A DNA stretch of 64,000 nucleotides from Psammoneis japonica (Eukaryota): the NCBI GenBank assembly GCA_008632985.1, contig QPGO01000252.1, positions 1 through 64,000 on the forward strand, in the 5' to 3' direction. Below are positions 25,269 to 38,639 of the stretch, one piece after another; positions within the stretch are counted from its first letter, which is position 1, and the number at the start of each line of letters is the position of its first letter. The translations under genes were made by a program, and so were the position numbers. The notes under the pieces are model-generated. The model saw nothing but the letters and a program-made list of their open reading frames with translations, ran no database searches and had not been told where the DNA came from.

Positions 25269-26442
25269 TTGATTTTCCGTCGCAGGCATGTGCAACGTGT
25301 TGAAGGATGACTAACAACCAATGGTAGTGTGCTTCGAGATAGCGCGCTTTCAATCCCGCAATTCCGTAACTGACTTTTTTCTACTGCTGTTATTATTTTC
25401 ATCACTCTGAGGCCTCGCCCTCCTTCCCATCCACAAAGTATGTAAGACTTGGGACATCGTGTCTCGCGCCACTGAATACATTTGTCACGCTCACAATTGG
25501 TGAACCAAGCATTTTTTAGAGTTTTCCACGGATCATTCTTCAGTGACACTTTCACCAATGTCTGTCGTTCATCAAAGAGACAATCATCTTTGATGCTGAT
25601 TCTTTCTTGAAGCCATGCCACAGCACAGACCACTCACTCATGAAAGCCGTGACACACCAAATGTGAGTGATGCCAAATCAATCTCTCCTGCTTTCTTGGG
25701 TCACCATGTGAGGGGGCATTTCTTCCCTTGCTTGTGAACTTTAAAATGAGCCAATGGGAGACAACCACTGAAAAAGTGCTGCCTTTTCATTGCGTGCTTC
25801 AACTTGCACATCCAGGCAAAAACATTTGGGTCATGAGCATGCCTGAGCATGCCTGCAATGTCTGCCAAGAACTTGACCTCTCTTCATGCTTGGCACACAA
25901 TCACCTTCCACAAATGAACCCTAGAGTGGCAAGGAAAAGGCTGAGCCGCACACGTTTCCCCAGAGTGCCACAGGCTGGCCGAGTTGGGGCACTCAATCAT
26001 GCTGGTGAAGCTGCCATCTTTCTCAGCCTGCCATGGCCTTTTTCCAACTCCAGGGCTCAACTGTTCTTGTTCCACGCAGCTCTTGTGCTTCTCTTGGTGT
26101 TTGGCGCCACAAAACACCAAGAGTCGTCGTGAGGAGTTGTGTGGTGTGCTGCCCGGTGTGGTGATGAGCTGCAGGATGGGAGCTGGATGATGCAGGTGTG
26201 GCAATGTGTGAGATAGAGAGAGAGAGAGACAATGAGTGAGGAGCATGGCCAAGGCAAAAAAGTTTTTGACACACGGCAAATCACCGATTTTTCGGTGAAT
26301 GAAAATGCATTCGCGCGATCGCGCATGGGAATCCAGAATCTCGGTATTTTGCAATGACTGCACATTTTTCTCACAATCATCACACACAAAAAGACCCGCA
26401 CATTGTTGTTATTGTTTTGCAATCATCAAAGAACCATACACC

Positions 26443-29400
26443 ATGCTGACCAAGTTTGAAAGCAAGTCAGCCCGTGTCAAGGGACTTGCGTTTCATCCGG
26501 TTCGACCATGGGTTTGTGCATCTCTTCACAATGGTGTGATTCAATTGTGAGTAGTTTGTTGGTGTCTGTGCGTAGAATTGCGTAGAATTTGTACTAGTCC
26601 AATATCTTTTTTTATTGAAAATGACCGGGCGTGTGGGTGCAACCATGACGATAATGTGCGTTCAAACTTGAGATTCTCACACAATCCTTACTATTCTTAC
26701 TATCATCATTATCAACAGATGGGACTATCGCGTCGGCACTGTGATTGATCGTTTTGAAGAACACGAGGGCCCCGTCCGGGGTGTTGATTTTCACTTGCAC
26801 GAGCCTCTCATTTGCAGTGGAGGCGACGATTACAAGATCAAGGTTTGGGATTACAAACTCCGTCGTTGTCTCTTACACTCTTGGGTCATTTGGATTACAT
26901 TCGTACCGTCCAATTCCATCCCAATGCGACGCAATTTCCGTGGATTTTGAGTGCCAGTGACGATCAAACGCTGAGGCTGTGGGATTTCAACAAGCGATCG
27001 TGTCTTTCTGTATTGACGGGACATAATCATTATGTCATGTGTGCCGCGTTTCATCCGAGTGAAGATTTGATTGTGAGTGCATCACTCGATCAGACGGTGC
27101 GTGTGTGGGATACGACGGGATTGCGGAAAAAACAAATGGGATTGCCGACCGGAAACAGTGGTGGTGGTATGCAGGAATTGAACGGTGGAAGTCATGCCAA
27201 CCGTGCCAATGCGGCGGCACTCAATGTGCAGGCGGAACTGTTTGGAACAAATGATGTTGTGGTCAAGTATGTCTTGGAGGGACACGACCGTGGTGTCAAT
27301 TGGGCAGCCTTTCATCCGACTTTGCCCTTGTTGGCGAGTGCGGCCGATGATCGGCAAGTCAAGTTGTGGAGAATGAGTGGTGCGTAGTATTGTAGTATGA
27401 TATTGTTATTGATGCTGTTTCTTCGTTACTCAACTTGCGCTTCTCTCTTTCTCAGAAACAAAAGCATGGGAGGTGGATACACTCCGCGGACACGCCAACA
27501 ATGTGTCGTGCTGTCTCTTTCATCCCAAACACGATTTGGTCGTGTCCAATTCCGAAGACCGCAGCATTCGCGTATGGGACGTGTCCAAACGCGTGGGTGT
27601 TCAAACCTTTCGTCGTGAAGGCGATCGCTTTTGGATTCTTGCCGCACACCGTTCCCAGAATTTGTTGGCGGCCGGACACGATTCCGGCATGATTGTGTTC
27701 AAACTGGAACGCGAACGACCGGCGGCCGCACAGGGACCGTCCAACAAGTTGTATTATGTTCGTGGACGAGAATTGTTTTGTCACGATTATGCTCGTGCCG
27801 CGACGTCATCGGGCAGTGGTTCTTCGGGTGTCGATGTACCGATTGCCTCACTCCGTCGTGTCGGACAACAGGCACAAACGGATGGCATTGGTTCGGCACC
27901 ACGCTTTATTGCCTACAACCAACACAATCCCGCCGAGGGCAATGTTTGGTTTGTTCCGATGTCGATGGTGGTGTTTATGAACTCGTGACGTTTTCACTCA
28001 CCAACACGAGCGGTTCCGTCACGGACGGCAAACGCGGTGCCTGTTTGGGACCCGGCGTCTTTTTGGGACGCAACCGCTTTGCCGTTTTGGACCGGCAGTC
28101 GCGTCAAATTATCGTCAAGAATTTGAATAACGAAACCACCAAACGTGTCCAACCGCCGGTACCCAATGTCGATGGTTTGTTGGAGGGCGGAGCGTCGGGA
28201 AGAATTTTGCTTCGAGCCGAAGACCGGGCCATTTTGTTTGAAGTGCAGAGCCGACGTGTCTTGGGAGAAATTACGGCACCCAAGATTAAATCCGTCGTTT
28301 GGTCTCCCGACAACAGCAAGGTGGCAATCTTGTGCAAGTACGGTGTCGTGATTGCCGACAAGCAATTGGAACAGCTCTGTTCGGTCAGTGACAATGTCCG
28401 CATCAAGAGTGGAGCGTGGGATGTCAGTTCGGGATCATCGTCGCAACTCTTTGTCTACACGACACTCCATCATGTCAAGTATTGTTTGCCGTCGGGTGAT
28501 ACGGGAACGATTCGTACCTTGGACAATCCCTTGTATGCCATGCGTGTCGTGAAGGATCAATTGTTTTGTTTGGACCGTGAAGCACGGGCTCGTGTGGTGA
28601 ATATCGATACGACCGAGGCGCGATTCAAACTGGCATTGGCCAACAAGAAGGTGAGAGGTGATATACTGAGATTGTTGTTGTTGTTGGCTTGGTCATTTAT
28701 TCTCACACAATTGCATCTCTTTTGTCTATCGCAATAAACAGTACGGCCAAGTCATGCACATGGTTCGTCACAGCCGTCTCTGTGGCCGCGCCATTGTGGC
28801 ATACCTTCAGTCCAAGGGCTTTCCCGAGGTGGCGCTTCATTTTGTCCGCGAACCACACACGCGCTTCCGCCTTGCCTTGGCGTGCGGTAACATTGAGGCT
28901 GCCATGGAGAGTGCCTTTGCGATTGAACAGCAAGGCAGCACCACGGAATCCAAACGTGACGTTTGGGGTGAGCTGGGCAGTGAAGCCCTGCGTCAAGGCA
29001 ATCATCAAGTAGTGGAAATGAGCTATCAACGTACCAAGGACTTTGATCGGCTCTCCTTTTTGTATCTACTCACGGGTGACACGGAGAAGCTTCGTAAAAT
29101 GCTCAAGATTGCCAATATGCGTGGCGACATTATGGGGCGGTACCATAATGCGTTGTTGTTGGGTGATGCCGCCGAACGCGTTGCCGTGCTGGAGGAAAGC
29201 GGAAACTTGCCATTGGCGTATATTAGTGCCGTCATGCACGGTCTAGATGAGGCTGCCGAACGAATCAAGGTTGCCATTGAAACCAACGAAGGAACCGTCG
29301 AGGGACTGAGTGAGTACCTGTTTTGTTGTGTAGTTTGCTTTGAATGCGTTTACTCGACGCTAATTCTGTATTCCCTTTTTGTTTTTGCCGCAGTGGAAAA

Positions 29401-30763
29401 GGTCACGCCTACCAATCCTGCCGACAAGAAAAAGGCAAGCTGCCTCCTACAGCCTCCAACGCCAATCGTCCGGGCAAACAACTGGCCAACCTTGGATGTT
29501 CAAAAGACGACTTTGGAAGACTTGTCGGCTGCCGATGTCGCTGAAAATGGCGGCGAAGAATACGTGGAAACTCAGGCAACCACTCAAGACGGCGGTGTTG
29601 GTGGAGAATGGGACGATGATGCCTTTGACGATACCGGTGGTGCCGCACTACAGGAAGACGATGATTTGGACTTTGGCGACGATGATGGCATGGGTGGCTG
29701 GGGCGATGAACTTGATGATGATTTGGGTGATGACTTTGGTGAACCCGAACACGCCAAGGAACCCGTGGATGAAATGGCGGGTCTCAAGGAAATGTCAGAT
29801 GATGCCGCATTCTCCATGCCGGCCGCCGGACGTCCTCCCGTGGGTTGTTGGGTCGCCAACAGCTCGCATGCGGCGGATCATATCGCCGCCGGTGGCGCAG
29901 CGTCCGCCTTGCAGTTGCTCAATCGACAGATTGCTGCTAGTGAATTCTCGGTGGTCAAGGATTCCATGATGGGTTGTTACCTTGGGGCCATGATGAGTGT
30001 TCCCGGTGTCCCCGGAAGTGGCAGTTTGAGCATTCCATTGCTTCGAAATGACGGGGCTGGGCATCCCGGAGCGGAGAGCCTGCCTCGCACTTCTCTCAAG
30101 ATGAAGCATTTAGGTGCATCCATCAAGAATGGGTACAGGTTCTTCCAGGGCGGAAAGTTCAACGACTCCAAGGCTACGTTTAGTGATGTCCTTCAAAAGA
30201 TTCCTCTGGTTGTGACGGAGAGTCGAGCCGAAGCGAATGAAATCAAGGAAATGCTTGAGATTGGTCGCGAGTACATTACTGCGATTCGTATCAAGGCTGC
30301 CATGTCGGAGTGTGCTTCCGATCCTGTCCGTTCCACCGAACTGTCTGCGTATTTTACGCACTGCAACCTGCTTCCTGTCCACTTGTTGCTTGCTCTTCGT
30401 TCCGCCATGGGTGCTGCATTCAAGCACAAGAACTACATTACTGCCGCCGGTTTTGCACGACGCTTGCTTGAATTGCCCGATATGAGCAGTGAGCGCAATG
30501 CCGATTTGCGAGTCAAGGCACAAAAGGTTCTTCAAAAGAGTGAACAAATGGCACGCAACGAACACGAGTTGAACTATGACGAGTCTTCTACCTTTGCCAT
30601 TGACTGCAGGGACTTTGTACCCGTCTACAATGGTGACGCTTCCGTCAAGTGCTCGTATTGTGGATCTGTCTATGCCGATCTGGCCATGACGAAAAAGGTT
30701 TGTCTCACGTGTGGGTTTGCCGCCATTGGAGCCAACACAATTGGTCTCGTGACGGGATCGTAA
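26443..30763 (+). CDS. COPA: Coatomer subunit alpha (alpha-COP)
   Basis: Starts [21 protein letters not shown]40 repeats, [38 protein letters not shown] and a C-terminal CxxC pair. GT-AG introns at 26547-26718, 27380-27455, 28651-28741 and 29310-29393 all restore frame. Two apparent 1-nt deletions in T runs (~26872, ~27946). Confidence 0.97.
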
Positions 30764-30941
30764 ATCTGTGCTGGATGAATGCGACAGTCGAAATTAAAAA
30801 GAAAAATAAAACTACTTACTAGCGACCACAAACGCCAACGACATAGTATGGTGTTTCTTACTTTAAAATCGTATCGCATGCAGTCAGCTAGCTAGAGTGG
30901 TGTTACCTACTATCGTTTTGTTTCTTACCACTATCCAATTA

Positions 30942-32507
30942 TTACATGTAAAGCATTTCATTACCCGATGGATTCGGCACAACCTTTCGACGCCAATCAC
31001 CCGCCTGTACTTCTTGTGGACTGACATTGGTAATCTTGTCTTTTGGCACGTACACCATATTGTCCAGAGCCTGTACCATCCACGGTTCTTGCCGAAAGTC
31101 ATTGCCAAAGGGTTTGGGCAAGAGCCAATGCAATCCAACCGTCACGCCCTTGCGGGGGACGGGACGAAACTGTCCACTGGCACGAGCCACCAAGAGACGG
31201 TCGGCACAATAATCCTTGAGGGACTTGACAAAGGCAATCCTGGCGGCAGACGACGAAGATGATGCAGCTCCCTTGGCTTTGAGGTTTTTGGCGGCTTGCG
31301 AAAAGTCAGCAACCGACTCGGCCGCTGCCTTGTCCATGTCGGAGGCAAGGTTGGGAGAGATTTTGAGTTTGGATAGCTTTCTTCGAAAGTCTTCAAAGCA
31401 AGACAAACTCAATAACTGGAGTTGTTCATCCAACTTGTCACTGAGTTCGGCGTAGAGTTCTTCCTTGAGATTGGAACGGATCGTTTTGGCCAGAGACGAT
31501 TTGCCCGGTTGCTGTGTCGCATCGAATTCGTCCATGGCACGCGACACGGCTGCATCGACCAAATCACCAAAGTTGGTAACGAGTTGCGTCTCGCCCGTTT
31601 GAGGATTGGTGCTGGCGTTTGCCACCATTTTTTGAGCCGAATCCAAAGCCTCGAGTGCGGCGGGACCGAGCAAACGAGCGGCAGCCAAGTCTTGAGGAGC
31701 ATTCTCCGAAATGGTGGTGGAGCTAAAGGGCACGACGGATGCTAGATTAAAATCCGAAGTCGCCGCCGAAGCAACCGATGCTGTAGCCTCGGGGGGTTCA
31801 CACGCTCCACCTAAATGACACAACATGTCTTCAAAGCCCGCCGCCGACGCCGACACGTACTCGACCGCATCAAAGACGTCTTCCAACACGGTTGCTTTCT
31901 TTTTATTGTCGGGTTGCACCAACGTGGCAAGAACCGACGATGCCGCGTGCTCGAGTTGAATCTTGGCCTCGACAACATCACCCGTCACAACCACCACCAA
32001 GACGGCCTTGCGTCCCGTCTCATCATTCGCCGTGTTGCTTAAAAGCCGTTCCATGGAGGGCGCCAGTGCATCAAAGAGTCCTTCTCCCCGAGACAAATCG
32101 ACGGGACTCGGAACATAAATGACAGTCCCTCCACACGCCACAACCGTCGATGCCACTTCGGACGCGGACGCTTGTCGTCCAGGATGAGCCACGGCAATGC
32201 CATCGTCGTCATCGTCAAAAATTTTCTTGCCAAAGGCTGTCGTCGAAGCGAGTTGTTGTTCGTCGTGGTCGGCCAAGCCAAAGAGTTGTTGGAGCAGCGA
32301 TGCTCGTTGGGACTTGGTGACGCTACGAGATGCCATGAAACAAGCCGTTGTCAAGTGAGTGCAGCCTTCGGCTTCTAAATCGGAAATGACTGTCGAGAGA
32401 CTCATGGGAAGACGAGAACCGCTCTCACTAATGAGGGACGACGAGGATGCTACGCAAAGTGCAAGCGTCTTGCACAAGGCGATGGAAAAGAGGTAGCGTT
32501 TTGACAT
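30942..32507 (-). CDS. Hypothetical protein with an N-terminal signal peptide and a helical C-terminal half
   Basis: Long uninterrupted ORF (30942..32591) with coding-like composition. Likely ATG at 32507 (MSKRYLFSIALCKTLALCVAS). Convergent with COPA. No family confidently recognised. Confidence 0.8.
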   Translation of the reverse strand: MSKRYLFSIALCKTLALCVASSSSLISESGSRLPMSLSTVISDLEAEGCTHLTTACFMASRSVTKSQRASLLQQLFGLADHDEQQLASTTAFGKKIFDDDDDGIAVAHPGRQASASEVASTVVACGGTVIYVPSPVDLSRGEGLFDALAPSMERLLSNTANDETGRKAVLVVVVTGDVVEAKIQLEHAASSVLATLVQPDNKKKATVLEDVFDAVEYVSASAAGFEDMLCHLGGACEPPEATASVASAATSDFNLASVVPFSSTTISENAPQDLAAARLLGPAALEALDSAQKMVANASTNPQTGETQLVTNFGDLVDAAVSRAMDEFDATQQPGKSSLAKTIRSNLKEELYAELSDKLDEQLQLLSLSCFEDFRRKLSKLKISPNLASDMDKAAAESVADFSQAAKNLKAKGAASSSSSAARIAFVKSLKDYCADRLLVARASGQFRPVPRKGVTVGLHWLLPKPFGNDFRQEPWMVQALDNMVYVPKDKITNVSPQEVQAGDWRRKVVPNPSGNEMLYM

Positions 32508-33979
32508 TTTGTTGTTGTGAAAGAACAAATTGAAATACAAGAGAATATGCTGACAAAAAAAACGATGTTGGTGGTACAAATAGAGTTCCACAATGTATCA
32601 AGACAGCAACCCTGCTGTGTTGATCATGGCAACAACAAAAAGATCATCAATCGGCGCCCATCAGATCGGGCGGATGACGCGTGGAGGCAGGCTGAATTCA
32701 CAAAAAATGCGTGAGCCGCAGAAAAAATGGCGGGAAAACGGACGCACGGAAGGACCGGGATTGCGCGCTTTGTCGACGGGGGCAATGACGCAATGGTTTT
32801 CTCTCATTGCATGAAGCACTGGCCCTCGCTCTGTGCACACTCTCTCAATTTGTCACCTGTGTCAGCGACATGGTTGCTGGAGGCAATCTTATGTCATGCA
32901 AACAACAAAAGGACTTAGCATCTCAAGGTTTGTGGGAGGAGCAATCATCTTGTTGGAGAGCATGTGCCTCTCCTGCTGCCTCTGTGTGAGAGTCAGCCAG
33001 GCACATTGCAACAACAGCACAAGCAAGCATGCCTCCCAGTGCAAGGGTGCAAGAAATCCATCCATGCACAAGGTGCCAGAACTGAAGCTGGTGCAATGAG
33101 CATTGTGGTTGTGGAAAAGTGAAAAAATCTGTCTGAAAATGTGGTGCAAACAACGCTGCGAGACCAGCAAGCTGGCGCAACACTCTTCACTGATTTTGCT
33201 GGCTGGGCATTGGGGATTGTCACTGTTGCACTGGCAGGTGCTGCCTTTGGGCAAGAGAGCAGAAGTGAAAATTCATTGCGCATTGTGCAAAGTGCTCTGA
33301 CACTGTCAACTGTCCCAACAAACAACAAGCAATGCGGCGCACAAATGATCTTTTGATTTCAAGATGGCATTTTCACAATGACGCCAGTCTCTTGAAAAAG
33401 AATTTTTTGACTTGATCTTCTGGGGGTGGTGGAGCCACACTGTCAGTCTGCTGCACCTGCTGGTTTTTTAGATGTGGTGTGCTTTTTGGTGCTTTCAGCT
33501 GTTGTTCTCTCATGTCAATTGTTGGGCTGCTCCAAGACAAAAAAAATGTGGAGCTTGCTGCCAGTTTGTGCACTTGTTGCTCCTGAGGATCAAGCAAGTG
33601 GTTTTTTTGCTCAACTCACAAATTGCTGGAACAGCTTTTGTTCTGAAAAAAGCTGCTGTGTGTTCTTTGACTCCAGGTGCTGCTGCCACAGTTGCTCACC
33701 TGTGCTGGTGGCTGGTGCACCAGCATTGGCATCATCTTGGTGCTGGGCCACGTGCAGGGATGTGCTTCAAACAAGCCCTCAGGCCCTCCAGACAGGATGA
33801 CCATGTTGGCAATGATGCTGCTGCCCAAACTGGTGCACACCTGATTCCCAGCCAGCTCATGGGCAACAGATTGACCCCATGACAACAAACCACAGTTCTG
33901 AAAGTGATGGTGCCTGGCACCTGCCAAAGATTGGTTGGTGGGCAGGTCACACTCTGACCTCTGGTGGCAGTGGCTCTGC

Positions 33980-34241
33980 CAGCATCAAATTTCAAGTCTC
34001 CTCCCTCAGACATGCAGGTGACAAGTGGCTGCATGGGCAACAAGAGATTGACCATGTGGTGCTGGCTGTTCACAACAGTTCTTGGGGTGATGCCTGACTG
34101 TCACCTGCCTTTGGCCTGTGCACTGTGTGACTGGTGGTGTGCCCCATTTTGACCTCTTTCACTCCAGGCAGCACAAAATTTCAAGTCTCCTCCCCCAGAG
34201 GACATGCAGGTGAGAATTGGCAGCAAAGACATTGACATGTG
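33980..34241. repeat. Diverged direct repeat, ~189 bp period
   Basis: cagcaNNaaatttcaagtctcctccc..gacatgcaggtga..attgac at 33980 and 34169. Confidence 0.7.
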
Positions 34242-37200
34242 AAACACAGACAAGATTGACAAAAAAGATTTCAAAATGTTGGTGCTCATTGACTTGGGGT
34301 GTTTCTGGAATGGCCAGAGCCAACTTAGTTGGATGAGTTGAGTTCATGACTGGCAACTCTGATGCAGCTGTCACAAAAAACTGAAGTGCAATGCATGAGC
34401 CATCAAGAGCCAGTGAAGCATCATCCTTGTCTTTCAAAGCTCTTCATTGGCTGGCTGACAAGTTTCAGCATTGCTGCTGCACCCAGCAAAATCACAAAAC
34501 TGATGACATGAGTGCCTTGTTTCTCTGATGTGTTGTTCTCCAAATGAAGGATGAGCACTCACAAGTCACAGGCTCATTCAAGCAAGAGGAAAGTGGCAAA
34601 GGTGATGGGTTGATGAAAAACACCTGCAAGAAGAAGAAAAGGCTGGCAAGGCACCTGGAGAAAAGGGTTGGAAGTGGAGGACAGTGAAAGACCCAAAAGA
34701 AGGTTGGGAGGCACCAAAGAGCAGCCACAGAAGTGGTGAATGCAGCAATGATGACACAGCAATGCCAGTGCCAACAAGGACAAGTGTGCAGACAAGGTGT
34801 GCAAAAACAGTCATTGGAAAAAGGCTGTTGGCAAGGAGCAACAGCAATGAGCAAGAAAAATTTAGCACCAACAGGCAGCCACCAAGAAACCACAGAAACA
34901 GAAAGAGATCAAGAAACAGGTTCTGCTGGCAACTGCAAAAACCAAGCTGGCAAAGCAACTGGGGCAGCTGCTTCTGGCCCACTTCAGACACACTTGACAG
35001 ACAATGACACACTCAGTTGTGCAAGCAGCACTGGCTTTTGAATGCAAGATAGAAGATGCTCAACAATGACAGTGCACTTGTGGAGCTCATTTGCAATTGA
35101 TGAAGTGATTGATCAAAACAGCACTGTTTCTTGGATGTGTGTGAGTTTTCTTTCTCATCTGTGGAATCGGTCACAAATCACATGGGTCATTGTCACTGTG
35201 GGCAAGTTGTCTCACCTGAAAAGTTGACTTTGCAGACATCATTGGTTTGATTTGGGAGGAGATGGTTTCTCAACTCAAATGAAAGATCAACCTGAATTTT
35301 CAACCCAGCACCCCAAATGTCAGCAGAGCAGTGCCAGGACAATGAGCCCCAGCTTAACACAGTGTGCTGCCACACAGCACCCCCCATCCACCTGGCACAC
35401 TTCCACTGGCACAAGGCAAGGCAATGCTGCCTTGAGGGCTTCTGGTTGTGAGAAAGGGATGTGCACTGCAGCCCCTCACCTCATCAGGCAGCCACAGTGC
35501 AAGTGCCAACTCCTCCAACAGAGCCGCCCACATGCACTTTGTGACTTCCACAGTGGCAGATGCAAAGACCCACACAACAAGAAGCATGTGACCATGATGG
35601 GTTTTGCAGTCACAGTGCAAGGTCAGGCCTGGCGCAGCCAAGATCTGCTGTTGTCTCACCCCATGGTGCCCTGGCAGTGCTCATGTGACACTGCAATGCA
35701 GCTGGCATGCAGGGCATGAGAGCCATCCTGTTCTGCCATCAAGTTGCCCATGGCCCCATGACAGTGGCAGGACCAAACCAGAAAAACCTTGGGAAGGAAA
35801 CAACTGCAGCCTGGCCGGCAATCTCAGCCACAGTCTGCGGACTGTTCTTGTCCCACTCACTGGAGGAGTGCTGGTTGGCACCAGCAGAGACAGTCATTTT
35901 CCCAATGATGCAAGAGCACCCATGGCCATCACAACCCAACCCCCAACCCAAACAGGCTTGCCCATTTAGTGGATCCCTTGGCCAGCACTTTCAGTTCAGT
36001 TGGGGCCTGGCTGGAATGCCATGTTGGCATGCTCAACCACACAAGAAATTTGTTGCTCTGCAGTCATTTGGGGCTGGCAATGGCTGTTCTTCAACCACTC
36101 AACAAAGCACTCTTCTGCCTCTTTGAGGATTTGACAAACAGTGGCCATCAGATCAGAACAGGGTGCCAGCAGCCATGGTGCCTGAGCAAGTCCAGCCCCC
36201 TCTGGACACCTCCACTCCTGCCATTGGAGGGGACACCCAGCCTGCACTGAAGTCTGCATTGATGGCTTCATTGTCACTGCTTGAGGTCCGCAGCTGCCTG
36301 GAGAGGGGTCCCACATCTGGAGTCAATGGTGAAGGGGGGGGGGGGGGGGGCACAGCAGAAGCAAAGTGAGTGCAGCCTCCTGGGTTGGTTTGCCCTGTCA
36401 TCTCCTCTTTTGGCACTTGTGGAGCAGCAAAAAAGTTTGAAATTCAGAATGGACAGGACATCCTGGCTGCTGCTCATCATTGCCTTCATTGCATTGTGCT
36501 CCTGTGTGTCACAGACATGACATGTGTGTTGCCCTGGCAGTGCAAGAGGCAGACTCACAAGCTTGAAAAAAGCAGCACATGTCCAGCTTCTCAAAAAGGT
36601 GATGCTCTGTGATGCTGCACAGTCCAACAAAAAGGAAATCCTGGGTTGGTTGATGCCCAAGATGACAACACTTTTGCTGACATCCCGTTGCAAAGTCCTG
36701 TGAAGCCATGCCAGTGCAACAACACCTCTCAAGACTTCTGCTGCTGGCTCCCACCATGTGAGCTTTGCTCCTGGATGCCCTGGCTCTCCAAGGGCTGTTC
36801 TTTCTCATCTCCAGGAGGGGGGAGTCTTTTGCCATGCTGCTCTAGACCCATGGGCCCAACTTGCAGAGAACACACCCATGCTGTCTTGGATGATGATTTC
36901 TGCTCCAATTGTCATGATCTCCACCTGCACCCTGTGTGCATCCAGGAGCTTGCTCTTCTTCTTACCTGGGTCAATGTGGCTGTTGTGGTGCAGCTGGCCA
37001 CAATGTGTGTGTGGCACTCCTCTCCCCACTCCATGCCATTGGCCACTGCCATGTGAACTGCACTCTAAAGCACCACCACCCAACAGCTTGCCAGTGACTG
37101 TGGCTGAACAGAGGTGCTGTCATTTGCTGTGCAGCATTCCCAAAGAGCACTGAGGCATGCTTGGCTGCCAGCAAGAATGGGGCTTGTTGACTGCAAAGTG

Positions 37201-38639
37201 TTTTCAAACAATCAGTCAAAACTGTCAACCACTGTCCTGCACACACAGCAACAACTGCAATCATGCCATGATTGCCACAGCACTTCACAATCATGACTGG
37301 CTGCAACTGCAACTCTGTGCCTCTGCAACAGCAGCAGTGCTGCTTGCTCCATGCACAGGGACACCCTGTGTGCAAGAATGTGCAAGATTGCTTTTGGCAT
37401 CCTTGCATGTGCACTTTCTAATGCTGCTTCAATTGTTGACCATGGCTGCCACATTTGTGTGCCACAACGGCAGGTCCAAACACATCCACACTTTTTGCAT
37501 TGCAGCCTTTCTTTGTGGCAGTGACTTTTAGAAACAAGAAGACAATGAAGCATGCAGTGCTTGGGCAATGGCGGGTTGTGCATGACTGTGCTTGAGATGT
37601 CCAAAAAGCACTTGCAAACAATGTCAAGAAAAAAGGTCACAGTGGAAATTCTGCTCTGATGTTGGTGCCATTTTGTGACACAATCTCACATTTCTTTCTT
37701 TTTGTCTTCTTTTTTGTTGACACTTTGGGCCACTTTCTATCATGATGAGATTGTCCATCAACCATTTTCACATGAATGCTTGCACACACACCCTCCTGAA
37801 GGTTGCCACATGGACTCTTCTGGCAGAATGAGTTGGACAGATGGTGTGTTGTTGCCATGCTGCTCCATTCCCTCTTGTTTGAAACCATGTGCACAAAAAA
37901 CTTTGTCACGGAGAATTCTGTGTGAAATGCACTGGAGAGCATTGGAGCAAATGATCTGCATGCAACCCTTTTGCATCATCCATCTCACTTCTGCCACAAG
38001 AGTTTCTGAGGAGACTTTGGGAGTGTGCAGCACATGCAACAATGGTCAATGCATGAACTCATGATGAAGAGTGACTTTGGTGCATTGACCCAAGACAGAA
38101 TGGCTGCAGCATCTCAGCAACGGTCACATTCTCTTCAGCAACGGTGGCAACCACATCCCCCAGTGGGCTGGCCACAACCCATTTCTGAGGACTGGTTGGG
38201 GGTCATTGACTCTCATTGCAAAATGATGACAAGGTTGCATGTGCATCAGGACATTGACAAAAAGTGCTTTTGAGCTGCTTCTAAACTCAACAAAAAAGAA
38301 GTCCAAAAGCTGTGAGACAGTTTTTGTGACAGTCTCAAACAACAAACTTGATGCTCCTTGGCACAACCAACTGACAGTCCCTGCACTGCTTGAGGAGGAG
38401 CAGAGCTTTGTGCATGCAAGCATTTTGTTTGTTGCTGTTTGTCAAGTCTTGCCAAGCTGTGCCAGTCAGTGCAGTTCAAACAATCAATGGAGACATGATT
38501 TGTTGATCAATTTGAAAAAAAAACATTGAGCCAGCTCCTGGACAAAGTTGAAAGCAGCCTGCTGGAACAAAAGAGTGGAAAAAGCTTGGGAAAAAAGCAG
38601 GCATGAGCAAATTGTTCTGCGACAATCCATGGCCTTGCA

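Noticed and set aside
34440..38600. Decayed coding element (an HSLR string suggested a tyrosine recombinase)
   Set aside because: No further supporting motifs were found, so no family can be assigned by eye.
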